Origin: Acidimicrobiia bacterium
GTDB taxonomy: Bacteria > Actinomycetota > Acidimicrobiia > Spongiisociales > ZC4RG35
NCBI GenBank assembly: GCA_965215185.1
Contig: OZ244034.1
Span: forward strand, 1,439,569-1,503,568
Direction of reading: 5' to 3'
DNA: 64,000 bases
Shown: positions 9,487 to 18,791 of the stretch, piece after piece
Layout: each line of letters opens with the position of its first letter
Position numbering within the stretch: the stretch's first letter is position 1
Translations under genes and position numbers: made by a program
Notes under the pieces: model-generated
Databases searched by the model: none
Told to the model about the DNA's origin: nothing
The model's input: the letters and a program-made list of their open reading frames with translations, nothing else

Positions 9487-10604
9487 CCAGACGGCGGGCG
9501 GCGGTATTCGGCGCCGGGAACATTGGACGGGGGCTGCTGGGGTGGTTGTTCGGCCGGGCAGGATGGGAAGTGGTTTTCGTAGATGTCTCTTCCGACTTGG
9601 TGGACCTCATAAACCAGGAGGGCTCCTACCAGGTATTTGAGGTGGGCACCGAGAGCCGATCAACCCAGTGGATTAGGGGCGTGAGCGCAGTTAACGGCAT
9701 GTGCCCAGAAGCCGTTTCCGCCACTGCTGCGGCGGAGGTGGTGTGCACTGCGGTGGGAGCCGGAATACTGGGTCGGGTGGCGCCCACCATCGCCGCCGCT
9801 CTTTCTATGAGCACCAGCCAGATTCGCAACGTGTTGGCCTGCGAAAACGCCGATCCCAACAGCGCCCTGCTGCTGCGGCATGTGGAGGGCCTGATGGGCA
9901 AGCGCCCGGCCGGTGTGGGGTTCCCCGAGACGCTGGTCGACCGAATGGTGCCCGGCTCCACCGCAGCAGGGTTGCAAGTGGAGGTAGAGGCGCGTTTCGA
10001 TTTCAAAGTGGCCAGAGAGGATTGGGTGGGAGACGATCCAGGCGTGGTGGGAGTGGAGTTGGTTGACAGCTTGAGGCTCTTCCGGAAGAGAAAGCTATGG
10101 CTGGTGAACGGACTCCATGCCGCCGGAGCCTTCCTGGGTTGGCATGCGGGGCACGAAACGGTGGCCGAAGCGGTCTCCGATCCCGCTATCCGGCCGCGAT
10201 TGGAACAAATAGCGGTCACAATGGCGGCGGTGCTCTTCGCGCAGTTGGAGGATTTGACCCAGGAGGAGTTGGCCGAGTACGGACTGTTCAACCTCCGACG
10301 GTTCGAGGACACCGCTTTGGTGGATCCCATCCGCCGAGTGGCGCGCAATCCCCTCCGCAAACTTGGCCCGACCGAGCGTCTGGTGGGTCCCGCCCGGGAA
10401 GCCGCGCGACATGGTCTTGCGGCTGACGCTCTGTGCGACGCCATTGTGGCCGGGCTCTCCCTCGATGACCAGCGGGTGGACGGGATGCAAGAGTTGCGAG
10501 ACGCGTTGCGCTCCGGGGGGTGGCAGTCGGTGGTGGGGCTGGGCGAAGCGGACCACAAACTGCTGGAGATGCTGGAAAAACGTTTGGAGACCACGAAAAG
10601 CTGA
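9483..10604 (+). CDS. mtlD: Mannitol-1-phosphate 5-dehydrogenase
   Basis: N-terminal AVFGAGNIGRGLLG Rossmann motif and downstream LACEN, NGLHA segments typical of MtlD; start placed at M 9483. Confidence 0.85.
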   Translation: MTRRRAAVFGAGNIGRGLLGWLFGRAGWEVVFVDVSSDLVDLINQEGSYQVFEVGTESRSTQWIRGVSAVNGMCPEAVSATAAAEVVCTAVGAGILGRVAPTIAAALSMSTSQIRNVLACENADPNSALLLRHVEGLMGKRPAGVGFPETLVDRMVPGSTAAGLQVEVEARFDFKVAREDWVGDDPGVVGVELVDSLRLFRKRKLWLVNGLHAAGAFLGWHAGHETVAEAVSDPAIRPRLEQIAVTMAAVLFAQLEDLTQEELAEYGLFNLRRFEDTALVDPIRRVARNPLRKLGPTERLVGPAREAARHGLAADALCDAIVAGLSLDDQRVDGMQELRDALRSGGWQSVVGLGEADHKLLEMLEKRLETTKS

Positions 10605-10658
10605 GTTTTGGGCTTATATGATCGGGAGCAGCAAGTAATCCACAACGCAGGTGAAACT

Positions 10659-10958
10659 ATGGCCCGCATGACCCGCGACCAACTCCAACAGGCGATGATC
10701 GATAAGTTCTCTGCTGAGCCGGATCCCTCGGGTCAAGCCGACCTGATCTGCTCCAAGGGTTCTTTGGGCATCGCCGCCGACCACAAGCAGATCAAAAAGA
10801 CGGTGAAACGCCTAAGACCTCTGATGACCTATCGGTTCCTGGTCATTAACCGAGGCGACCTGTTCGCGGCCAGCCCCGCCACCATCGGCACCAAAATCGG
10901 CATCCTCGACGCCAACGGATCGCTCCTGAAAGCAGCCGACCTCCCCCGCAAACGCTAA
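10659..10958 (+). CDS. Hypothetical small protein
   Basis: ORF immediately downstream of mtlD; no recognisable motif. Confidence 0.3.
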   Translation: MARMTRDQLQQAMIDKFSAEPDPSGQADLICSKGSLGIAADHKQIKKTVKRLRPLMTYRFLVINRGDLFAASPATIGTKIGILDANGSLLKAADLPRKR

Positions 10959-11210
10959 GAAGCCACCGATAGCGGAGGGCGGGTCTCAGGTAATACCTGA
11001 TTGGAGCGTCCGGAGATCCAATCGGGCAGTTTGCCCCTTTCGGCCTGGACATCGGCGGACTGACCACCTCGATTTTCCAAGTGTGGAGCACCTGGTAGGC
11101 ATAGCTCACGGTGATCGAGTTATGCGGTGGACGGTTTCCAAAGATCTGCTTGAGCTTGCATCAGCCAGCGGAGGAACTCACGCTCCGGCCCCCGGTTAGC
11201 ATCACCAAGG

Positions 11211-12044
11211 TTGATGAACACTGATACCAGGGGTGTAGCAGAATCCCTATCCAGACTGGCTGCGAACTCCGACTTGAAAAGGGCTTTGGAAGCGGCTCGC
11301 GCGGGAGCCGAGGTAGTGGCTGGCGGACTGGGGCAGCAGATAGACGTTTCTTACAAGGGCGATGCCGACCCGGTTACCGAGGTCGACCATTGCTCCGAAC
11401 AGGCAATCCTGGAAGTGTTGGCCCGACACTTCCCCGATGACCGGGTGGTGCGGGAAGAGGGAGGAGGAGAGCTTCCCGACGGGGGGCGGGTGTGGTTGGT
11501 GGATCCTTTAGACGGCACCACCAATTTCGTTCACGGGTTCCCCTGGGCGGGGGTGTCGGTAGCTCTTTGGATCGATAATGTCCCCTCGGTGGGGGTGGTG
11601 ATTGATGTCAATACCGGAGACGAGTACACGGCGGTGGCCGGAGGAGGCGCCCGACGAAACGGATCGCCCATCGGGGTGAGCGGCACGGCGGATCTGGGAG
11701 AAGCGTTGATCGTCACCGGGTTCCCTTACGACAGAGCCGAGCGAATCGAAATCTGTGACAGCCGGTTCCGGCGGGTGCTTGCCGCGTCGCAGGGCACCCG
11801 GCGGCTGGGGGCGGCGTCGCTCGATATGTGCATGGTGGCCTGCGGGAAGCTGGACGGTTACTGGGAAGAAGACCTGTTGCCCTGGGACTTGGGAGCGGGT
11901 GTGCTGATAGTCCAGGAGGCCGGCGGGACGGTCACCAACTTCTCCGGTCAGCCGGTCGATCCTGCCGGGTTATTCGTTGTGGCCAGCAATGGGGCGATCC
12001 ACGGCCGGTTCTTGGAAACGCTTCGAGGCGAGTCCATTCCCTGA
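11211..12044 (+). CDS. Inositol monophosphatase family protein
   Basis: WLVDPLDGTTNFVHGFP metal-binding IMPase motif. Confidence 0.8.
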   Translation: MMNTDTRGVAESLSRLAANSDLKRALEAARAGAEVVAGGLGQQIDVSYKGDADPVTEVDHCSEQAILEVLARHFPDDRVVREEGGGELPDGGRVWLVDPLDGTTNFVHGFPWAGVSVALWIDNVPSVGVVIDVNTGDEYTAVAGGGARRNGSPIGVSGTADLGEALIVTGFPYDRAERIEICDSRFRRVLAASQGTRRLGAASLDMCMVACGKLDGYWEEDLLPWDLGAGVLIVQEAGGTVTNFSGQPVDPAGLFVVASNGAIHGRFLETLRGESIP

Positions 12045-13333
12045 TGCTTCACCGGCGCCTTCAAGACCTCGAAAACAGCGGCGGCAAGATCCGGGTGGGA
12101 CTGGTGGGCGCCGGGCAGATGGGAGAGGGGCTGGCGGTGGTCTTGGAGCAAATGTCCGGCATGGAAGCCAGTGTGGTGGTGGATGCCATGCCGGGCCGGG
12201 CAATGGAAGCGTTGCGGTCAGCAGGAGTGCCCCTTTCCGATGTGGTGGAGACCGACGACCCGGACCGGGCGGTCTCGGCTCTCTCCGACGGGCGGCGGGT
12301 GGCCACTTCCAACGTTCGGTTGGCTTGGTGTGAGCCGATGGATGTCGCGGTGGAGGCGACCGGGATTCCCGAAGTGGGCGCTTGGGTGGCGCGTGGCGCC
12401 ATCGAAGCCGGAAAACACGTTCTTCAGATGAACGTGGAGACCGACGCCACGGTGGGATACGTCCTGCGCCAAATGGCGGAGGAGGCCGGGGTGGTCTACA
12501 CCCTGACCGGAGGTGACGAGCCGGGGGCGATAATGGAGTTGTACGACTTCGTGGCCAGTCTGGGCTTGGAAGTGGTGAGCGCTGGCAAGGGCAAGAACAA
12601 CCGGCTGGATCGAACGGCCACACCCGAGACGGTGGCAGAGCTTGCCCGAAAGCGACGTATGAACCCAAAAATGCTCGCCTCGTTCGTGGACGGCACCAAA
12701 ACCATGGTGGAGATGACCTCACTGGCCAACGGGATCGGTTTCGTCCCTGACGTGCGGGGCATGCACGGTCCGGAAGTCAGTGTCGAGACCATCGCATCCA
12801 CCTACATCCCGGTATCCGACGGCGGGGTGCTTTCCGGGCGGCGCCGGGTGGACTACGGACGGGGAATCGCCCCGGGAGTCTTCGTGGTGTTCACCACCGA
12901 CCACCCCAAGCTGATCCGCGACCTCGGCTATCTCTCTATGGGACCGGGGCCCTACTACGCCCTCTACCGTCCCTATCACCTGGCCAACATCGAGACTCCC
13001 ATCTCCATCGCCCGGGCGGTGCTGTTGGCCGAGACCACCCTGGCCACCGATCATCCTCCCACCGCAGAAACGGTTGCCTTCGCCAAACGACATCTAGCGG
13101 TTGGAGAGACCATCGCTGATCTGGGTGGCTACCGTGTTTATGGCATGATCGAAAGGGCAAAGACCGCGGCCGCCGAGCGGTTCTTGCCGGTGGGCCTGGC
13201 GCCGGGCGCGGTAGTTGTCTCTGCGGTGAGGGCCGGTGACCCTCTTACCTACCGTGATGTGGAATTGGACGAATCTTCGAATATCGTTTCACTGCGCCGC
13301 CTCCAGGATTCACTCACCGAGGTGCTGTCATGA
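12044..13333 (+). CDS. NAD(P)-binding oxidoreductase with C-terminal SAF-like domain (COG4091-like)
   Basis: GLVGAGQMG Rossmann motif at the N-terminus; start ATG overlaps the upstream stop (TGATG). Confidence 0.5.
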   Translation: MLHRRLQDLENSGGKIRVGLVGAGQMGEGLAVVLEQMSGMEASVVVDAMPGRAMEALRSAGVPLSDVVETDDPDRAVSALSDGRRVATSNVRLAWCEPMDVAVEATGIPEVGAWVARGAIEAGKHVLQMNVETDATVGYVLRQMAEEAGVVYTLTGGDEPGAIMELYDFVASLGLEVVSAGKGKNNRLDRTATPETVAELARKRRMNPKMLASFVDGTKTMVEMTSLANGIGFVPDVRGMHGPEVSVETIASTYIPVSDGGVLSGRRRVDYGRGIAPGVFVVFTTDHPKLIRDLGYLSMGPGPYYALYRPYHLANIETPISIARAVLLAETTLATDHPPTAETVAFAKRHLAVGETIADLGGYRVYGMIERAKTAAAERFLPVGLAPGAVVVSAVRAGDPLTYRDVELDESSNIVSLRRLQDSLTEVLS

Positions 13334-15312
13334 TTGAGCGGACCGGAATCGGGGCTTCGCCGGGAATCGCCATCGGTCCCGTCTATCTGCATTCCCCAAG
13401 CGTCCCCGATGTCACTGCCCGCCGGGTGGATAACCCCGACGCCGAGGTTGAAAAACTCATCCGCAGCGAGGAGATCGTCCGGGAGAGGCTGATTGGTCTC
13501 CAGCAACTGCACGGCGAGGAATCCGAAGAGGCGGAAGTCATCGGAGCGCACCTTCTCTTGTTGGAAGACCCCGAGTTCACCGGCGAAATGCGCATGCTCA
13601 TCGAGTCGGACTCGCTGTGCGCCGAAGCGGCCGCTTTGCGGGTCACCGAGGAGTCGGCGGTCATGCTGGAATCTTTGGAGGACGAATACCTGGCGGCCCG
13701 CGCTGCCGATGTCCGCGATGTGGGCACGCAGCTTCTGAAATCCATTCTGGGGCTTCCCCTGGAGATCTGGGATCATTTGAAGGTCCCCTCCGTGCTGGTG
13801 GCGTCGGACTTCTTCCCCTCCGAGACGGCCACCATTCCACCGGGGATGGCGCTCGGGCTGTGCACCGAGGAGGGAAGCGCCACCTCTCACATCGCAGTGT
13901 TTGCCCGAGGCATGGCGCTGCCCGCGGTGGTAGGGGTTGACCTGCCGGACCTGGAGCCCGGAGCTTTGGTGGCTTTCGACGGCGACACGGGGGCAGTCTA
14001 TATCGAGCCTACCCAGGAGGTGATCGACCAGCTCCTAAGTCAACAGGAAGCGCAGCGGCGGAAAAGGGAGGGTGCGGCTGTGCGCGCTCACGAACCGGCC
14101 GTTACCAGGGACGGGACACGGATCGAGGTGGCCGCCAATATCGGCTCGGACGAAGACACCACCCGGGCAGTGGGGCTGGGCGCCGAGGGGGTGGGGCTGT
14201 TCCGCACCGAGTTCTTGTTCCTCGACAGGACCCGTCCTATCTCTGAGGAGGAGCAGTTCGAGGCCTACCGGTCGGTGCTGTCGGCCTTCGGGGACCAATT
14301 GGTGGTGGTGCGTACCCTGGATGTTGGGGGAGACAAACAGGTTCCGGGCATCGAGATAGGAGCAGAACTCAACCCTTTCCTGGGTTTGCGGGGGATCCGA
14401 CTGACCCTGGCCCGCCCCGAGATGATGCACGAACAGTTGCGGGCGCTGCTCCGAGCGGGAACCTCTGGACGGCTGGGGATAATGGCGCCCATGGTTTCGG
14501 GAAGAGTCGAACTAATGGCTTTTAGAGCAGCCCTGAAGGAGGCCGAACGGTCATTGGCCGCCGACGGCTTGGAGCACGCCACCGACTATCAGGTGGGGAT
14601 CATGATCGAGATACCCTCGGCAGCCTTGCTCGCCTCCCGGCTAGCCGCCCACATCGATTTCTTCTCCATCGGGACCAATGACCTCACCCAGTACACACTG
14701 GCGGTTGACCGAACCAACCGGGAAGTCGCCGATCTGGCTAATCCTTTCGATCCCGCCGTGCTCCGTCTTATCGCCGAAACCACCTCGGCGGCGGCGTCCC
14801 ACCAACGCTGGGTAGGGGTTTGCGGGGCCATGGCCGGCGATCCCCTGGCGGTCCCCGTGCTGATCGGGTTGGGGGTCACCGAGTTGTCGGTAGCCATTCC
14901 CTCCGTTCCCATCATCAAGGAAAGGATCCGCTCCCTGGACATGGACAGTTGTCGAAAAGTGGCGGCCCAATGCCTGGAGGCCGCCGACGCAGCAGAGGTG
15001 CGAGAACTGTTGGCCGGGATGTGGGCGACCTCTCGCCGGGCTCATTTACGGGCGGTGGTCCGGGGACGGGTACATGGCGTTGGGTACCGGTGGGCGGTAG
15101 TCACCCAAGCCAGGGATCTAAGGATTTCCGGGCGTGTCTCCAACCAGGAGGACGGTACCGTGCTGGTGGTGGCCGAAGGCCGCAGAGGGCAGCTGGAAGA
15201 GTTTGCCGACTGGCTCTCTCGGGGACCCAGCCACGCCGTGGTCACCAGGGTGGAGTTGGAGTGGTCCCAGCCTCGGGGCCATTGGCAGGACTTCGCCATA
15301 GACCACCTCTGA
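13330..15312 (+). CDS. ptsI: PTS Enzyme I fused to a C-terminal acylphosphatase domain
   Basis: EI motifs GSATSHIAVFARGMALPAVVG and GTNDLTQYTLAVDR; the C-terminal 90 aa carry both acylphosphatase signatures (VVRGRVHGVGYRW and GRVSNQEDGTVLVVAEG). Confidence 0.85.
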   Translation: MIERTGIGASPGIAIGPVYLHSPSVPDVTARRVDNPDAEVEKLIRSEEIVRERLIGLQQLHGEESEEAEVIGAHLLLLEDPEFTGEMRMLIESDSLCAEAAALRVTEESAVMLESLEDEYLAARAADVRDVGTQLLKSILGLPLEIWDHLKVPSVLVASDFFPSETATIPPGMALGLCTEEGSATSHIAVFARGMALPAVVGVDLPDLEPGALVAFDGDTGAVYIEPTQEVIDQLLSQQEAQRRKREGAAVRAHEPAVTRDGTRIEVAANIGSDEDTTRAVGLGAEGVGLFRTEFLFLDRTRPISEEEQFEAYRSVLSAFGDQLVVVRTLDVGGDKQVPGIEIGAELNPFLGLRGIRLTLARPEMMHEQLRALLRAGTSGRLGIMAPMVSGRVELMAFRAALKEAERSLAADGLEHATDYQVGIMIEIPSAALLASRLAAHIDFFSIGTNDLTQYTLAVDRTNREVADLANPFDPAVLRLIAETTSAAASHQRWVGVCGAMAGDPLAVPVLIGLGVTELSVAIPSVPIIKERIRSLDMDSCRKVAAQCLEAADAAEVRELLAGMWATSRRAHLRAVVRGRVHGVGYRWAVVTQARDLRISGRVSNQEDGTVLVVAEGRRGQLEEFADWLSRGPSHAVVTRVELEWSQPRGHWQDFAIDHL

Positions 15313-15363
15313 GGCTCGTGAGGTCCCGATAAGGGTTGTTGTTTCCTGACGAAAGCAGGGGAC

Positions 15364-16467
15364 TCAATCCGGTGCAATGGGGAGTTTCAACCGTTTGGAC
15401 ATTCGCGGTGTTCGGGTGCCGGTTCTGGTCAGCAATACATTTGCTGCGGCCACGGTCAGGGCTCCTGCCACCAGGAGATCGAGCCGCGCAACCGTGATTT
15501 CGGTAAACATACCCAACCATATGAGGCCCACCACCGGCGACACGTAGATGAGGGCATTGATCCCCAGATCGGGTGTTATCAGCACGGCCCTGCGGGAAAG
15601 CAACGCCCCGGGGACCAAGCTGACCCCGACAGCCACCGACCAAGCGACGGACTCCAGTGTGATTCGGCCTCCACCGGCAAACCCGATTAACACGTTGGGA
15701 ATGACGGAGATCAGTGCCGAAACGGTGTATCCGAACAACAGACACGCGAACTCCAAACTGTACCTGTCCATGCGGATGTCGGCTTTGCGGGTGATTTCAG
15801 TTGCGAGACTGTCACCAAATGGAAAGCCCGCACCTACGGTGCAGGCTATGAGAAGGGCTGATATGAGAGCCAGGATCATCCCGAATACCCTGGCGGCCAG
15901 TGTCGCCTCGACGGGTTGCAGACCAAGAGTTCCCACCACCACCGCCGCCATTCCCAGGAATGCCAAGCCCAAACCTGTCCACGAGAGGGCGGTGAATCGC
16001 CGGTACCTCTTTCGGTTGGTTCGGTCCCATCTGGAAAGCCCCAGTACGAAGAAGACGGGCCAGGTATAGTGCAACATCGCCACTGTGGCGGTCTCCACAT
16101 ACTGGGTGGCCCAAGGGAAAAACGCGAACGCGAACCGTCCCACCACCATCAGCAGCAGCATTCCCAACAGGTCCCATCTGCGAACGCCATCGGTCTTCAA
16201 CCCCGCGACCCGTCTGAAGAGCACCCTTCGAATGGCGGGATCAGCAAAGATCGGCCTGTAAAACAGTAACGAGAAACCTCCCAGACCCAGTGCCGTTCCC
16301 ATCCACACTCCGGCGTTGTAAAGGAAGGGATGATTGTCTGCGAGGGTCAACTCCACAAAGACAGCATTGGTGGAGAAGAACATCACCGCGCCCGCCATCA
16401 ACGCCAACGCCCGGCGATGGCTACTAGTCACTGCCGGACTACGGTCTATTGCGGTTCCTTTGCGCAA
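15364..16467 (-). CDS. Integral membrane protein, possibly DMT/EamA-like transporter
   Basis: 367 aa, about 10 hydrophobic helices. Confidence 0.45.
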   Translation of the reverse strand: MRKGTAIDRSPAVTSSHRRALALMAGAVMFFSTNAVFVELTLADNHPFLYNAGVWMGTALGLGGFSLLFYRPIFADPAIRRVLFRRVAGLKTDGVRRWDLLGMLLLMVVGRFAFAFFPWATQYVETATVAMLHYTWPVFFVLGLSRWDRTNRKRYRRFTALSWTGLGLAFLGMAAVVVGTLGLQPVEATLAARVFGMILALISALLIACTVGAGFPFGDSLATEITRKADIRMDRYSLEFACLLFGYTVSALISVIPNVLIGFAGGGRITLESVAWSVAVGVSLVPGALLSRRAVLITPDLGINALIYVSPVVGLIWLGMFTEITVARLDLLVAGALTVAAANVLLTRTGTRTPRMSKRLKLPIAPD

Positions 16468-16565
16468 ACCCGGTCAGGACTTCTTTCCTTCCAGGGGTTC
16501 GGCTTGGAGCACAATGGCGGGGGCAGGTTTCCTGGGGAGGCGCCGCCACCTTGTGAATTAGCGTC

Positions 16566-16820
16566 TCAACCCTCCACGGAAAGAAGATCGGTAAAATCGG
16601 AGATGACTTCGGCAGCGTCGTCGCCATCCACTTCGACCGAGATGGTGGTTCCCTGAGTGGCGCCAAGTTTGAGTATCCCGAGCATGCTTTTGGCGTTCCC
16701 GGTCTTGTCGTTGGCGGTTACTGTGATATTCGAAGAAGAGGCCTTGGCGCGCTTGACGAATTCGGCCGCGGGCCGGGCATGAAGTCCAGCTGGGTTGGTG
16801 ATGGTGATCTCTATTTGCAT
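16566..16820 (-). CDS. ptsH: Phosphocarrier protein HPr
   Basis: MQIEITITNPAGLHARPAAEFV... matches HPr including the active-site His15 context GLHARPA; 84 aa. Confidence 0.8.
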   Translation of the reverse strand: MQIEITITNPAGLHARPAAEFVKRAKASSSNITVTANDKTGNAKSMLGILKLGATQGTTISVEVDGDDAAEVISDFTDLLSVEG

Positions 16821-16843
16821 CTCTTGTTCTCCAGCTGGGGCGT

Positions 16844-17671
16844 TCAACAAAAGCTTACCGAGACCGATCCCAGCCGGTCGAAGACTGCCCATACCGTATC
16901 TGCGGGTTTTACCGCAATTGCGGCGTGAAGAGCGCCGGTTAGGACGAAACTTCCCGCGGTGAGTTCCTCTCCGTATCGGGCCAACTCGTTGGCAAGCCAG
17001 GCCAACGCGGTGAAAGGACTGCCCATGCACGCCGCTCCCGCTCCGGTTCCGGCCAGGTCACCGTTGTGGTAAATGGCCATCCCGCACCACCGCAGATCAA
17101 AGTCGACCGGAACCACCCGGTCGCTCAACACCGCGGCTCTTGACGAACCCAGATCGGCAACCGTGTCCACCAGCTTGATACGCCAGTCCGCCACCCGGGA
17201 GTCGACCACCTCGATGGAGGCCACTGCCCCTTCCACCGCCCGAGAGGCGGCCAGGGCTGTTACGCCCGGCCCGCGCAACGTCTCTCCCACCATCAGTGTG
17301 ATCTCCGCCTCGGCCTTGGGGGCGATCGCCGAGTCGATGTCCACCCGTTCGCCGCTGTTGTGGGCCATGGTCGAGATCACCGGCGCATAGTCGGGCGTGT
17401 TCACTCCCAGCAGCTTTTGCATGGGCTCGGAGGTCAGCCCGAGTTTGTAGCCGATCAACTCTCCCCCAAGCCACGAAATGAGTTTCTCCGCGAACATCTT
17501 TTGGATGGCGTGAGCATCCTCCACTTCCAGGGTGGGGTCCATGTCGCTGAGCGGCTCGATCGGCACTCCACTGCGATATGAGTCGAACAGGATGTCTGCC
17601 CATCTATTCAGTACGCGCTTGTTCTTCATGGCCTTCACAAAGATAGCCAGCCACCGCATATGTCGAGGCAA
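16844..17671 (-). CDS. 2-keto-4-pentenoate hydratase / 2-oxohepta-3-ene-1,7-dioate hydratase family protein
   Basis: MhpD/HpaH-like layout (GYKLGLTS, ELARYGEEL, SFVLTG). Confidence 0.6.
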   Translation of the reverse strand: MPRHMRWLAIFVKAMKNKRVLNRWADILFDSYRSGVPIEPLSDMDPTLEVEDAHAIQKMFAEKLISWLGGELIGYKLGLTSEPMQKLLGVNTPDYAPVISTMAHNSGERVDIDSAIAPKAEAEITLMVGETLRGPGVTALAASRAVEGAVASIEVVDSRVADWRIKLVDTVADLGSSRAAVLSDRVVPVDFDLRWCGMAIYHNGDLAGTGAGAACMGSPFTALAWLANELARYGEELTAGSFVLTGALHAAIAVKPADTVWAVFDRLGSVSVSFC

Positions 17672-17697
17672 CCGCCAATCCTTTTCGTCGGGTAGCC

Positions 17698-18318
17698 TTG
17701 GCTGGTATGACCCGTTTGCTGTTGGTCCGTCATGCCCCGGTGGCCACCACCGGAAAGGTCCTGTACGGTCGAGAAAGAGGACACCACCTCACCAAAGAAG
17801 GAAAGACCGCCACCCGGCAACTTGCCCAACGCCTGGCGGGAGTCGACCTGCGGGCGGTCTACTGCTCACCCCTGGAAAGAACCATAGAAACCGCCACCCT
17901 ATTGGGAAAGCCCCATGAACTTGCACCCGTTGTCGAAGAACAGCTGATCGAAGTGGACTACGGAGAGTGGACGGGACAGGAACTGAAAACCTTGTACAAG
18001 CTGCCGGAGTGGAAAACGGTGGTTCATCAACCCTCCCGGATGCGCTTTCCCGGCGGCGAATCACTGGCAGAAGCCCAATTGCGAGGAACGAGGGCCTGCG
18101 AGAAACTGGTCGGTTTGCATCCGGACGGGGCGATAGCCGTCATCACTCACGCCGATATCATCCGTTTGGTGTTGGGGTTTTATCTGGGACAACCGCTTGA
18201 CCTTCTTTCCAGAATCACCGTGTCCCCCACCTCGGTTTCGGTGTTGAACATCTCCAAAGAGGGGGCGGTGACCGTGGTAGCGGTCAACTCCAACGGAGAT
18301 CCGGCCACGTGGCAATGA
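17698..18318 (+). CDS. Histidine phosphatase family protein (MSMEG_4193-type putative phosphomutase)
   Basis: LLLVRHAPV (RHG-type) motif near the N-terminus and ITHADIIRLV; sits beside DUF3090 and SCO1664 genes. Confidence 0.7.
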   Translation: MAGMTRLLLVRHAPVATTGKVLYGRERGHHLTKEGKTATRQLAQRLAGVDLRAVYCSPLERTIETATLLGKPHELAPVVEEQLIEVDYGEWTGQELKTLYKLPEWKTVVHQPSRMRFPGGESLAEAQLRGTRACEKLVGLHPDGAIAVITHADIIRLVLGFYLGQPLDLLSRITVSPTSVSVLNISKEGAVTVVAVNSNGDPATWQ

Positions 18319-18791
18319 ATAACATCGGGCCGGCAGAGCGGTTCTTGGTAGGCGCCATTGGACCGCCCGGCAAGCGCCGCTTCTATTTCCAGGTAGTGGC
18401 CGATGGCCAGCAGCATTCCATGCTGGCCGAAAAGCAGCAGGTGGAGGCTCTGGCCTCCCAGGGATGGCGCAGCCTGCAGCGTTCCGGGGTGTTGGTGGAC
18501 AACGGGGCGGTGGAAGCCATCCTGGGCACCGATCTGGAAATAGTCGATCCCGCCGGCAGTGAGGACTTTCGGGTGGGAACCATCAACGTCGGGATCCGAC
18601 CGTCGGGCCTTATGAACCTCTCCTTCGAGTCGGATCGAGATGACCAGGGACTGATGTTCATGGTGTCACCCGAGCAGTTCCGAGCCATGGTGGTGATCGC
18701 TCGCAAGTTGGTCAGAGCCGGACGGCCGATCTGTCCCTGGTGTCGACTGCCCAAGGACCCCGATGCTCATGAGTGTCCCGCCCGCAACTGA
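18309..18791 (+). CDS. DUF3090 family protein
   Basis: C-terminal CPWCRLPKDPDAHECPARN cysteine motif typical of the family; overlaps its neighbours. Confidence 0.6.
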   Translation: MAMNNIGPAERFLVGAIGPPGKRRFYFQVVADGQQHSMLAEKQQVEALASQGWRSLQRSGVLVDNGAVEAILGTDLEIVDPAGSEDFRVGTINVGIRPSGLMNLSFESDRDDQGLMFMVSPEQFRAMVVIARKLVRAGRPICPWCRLPKDPDAHECPARN

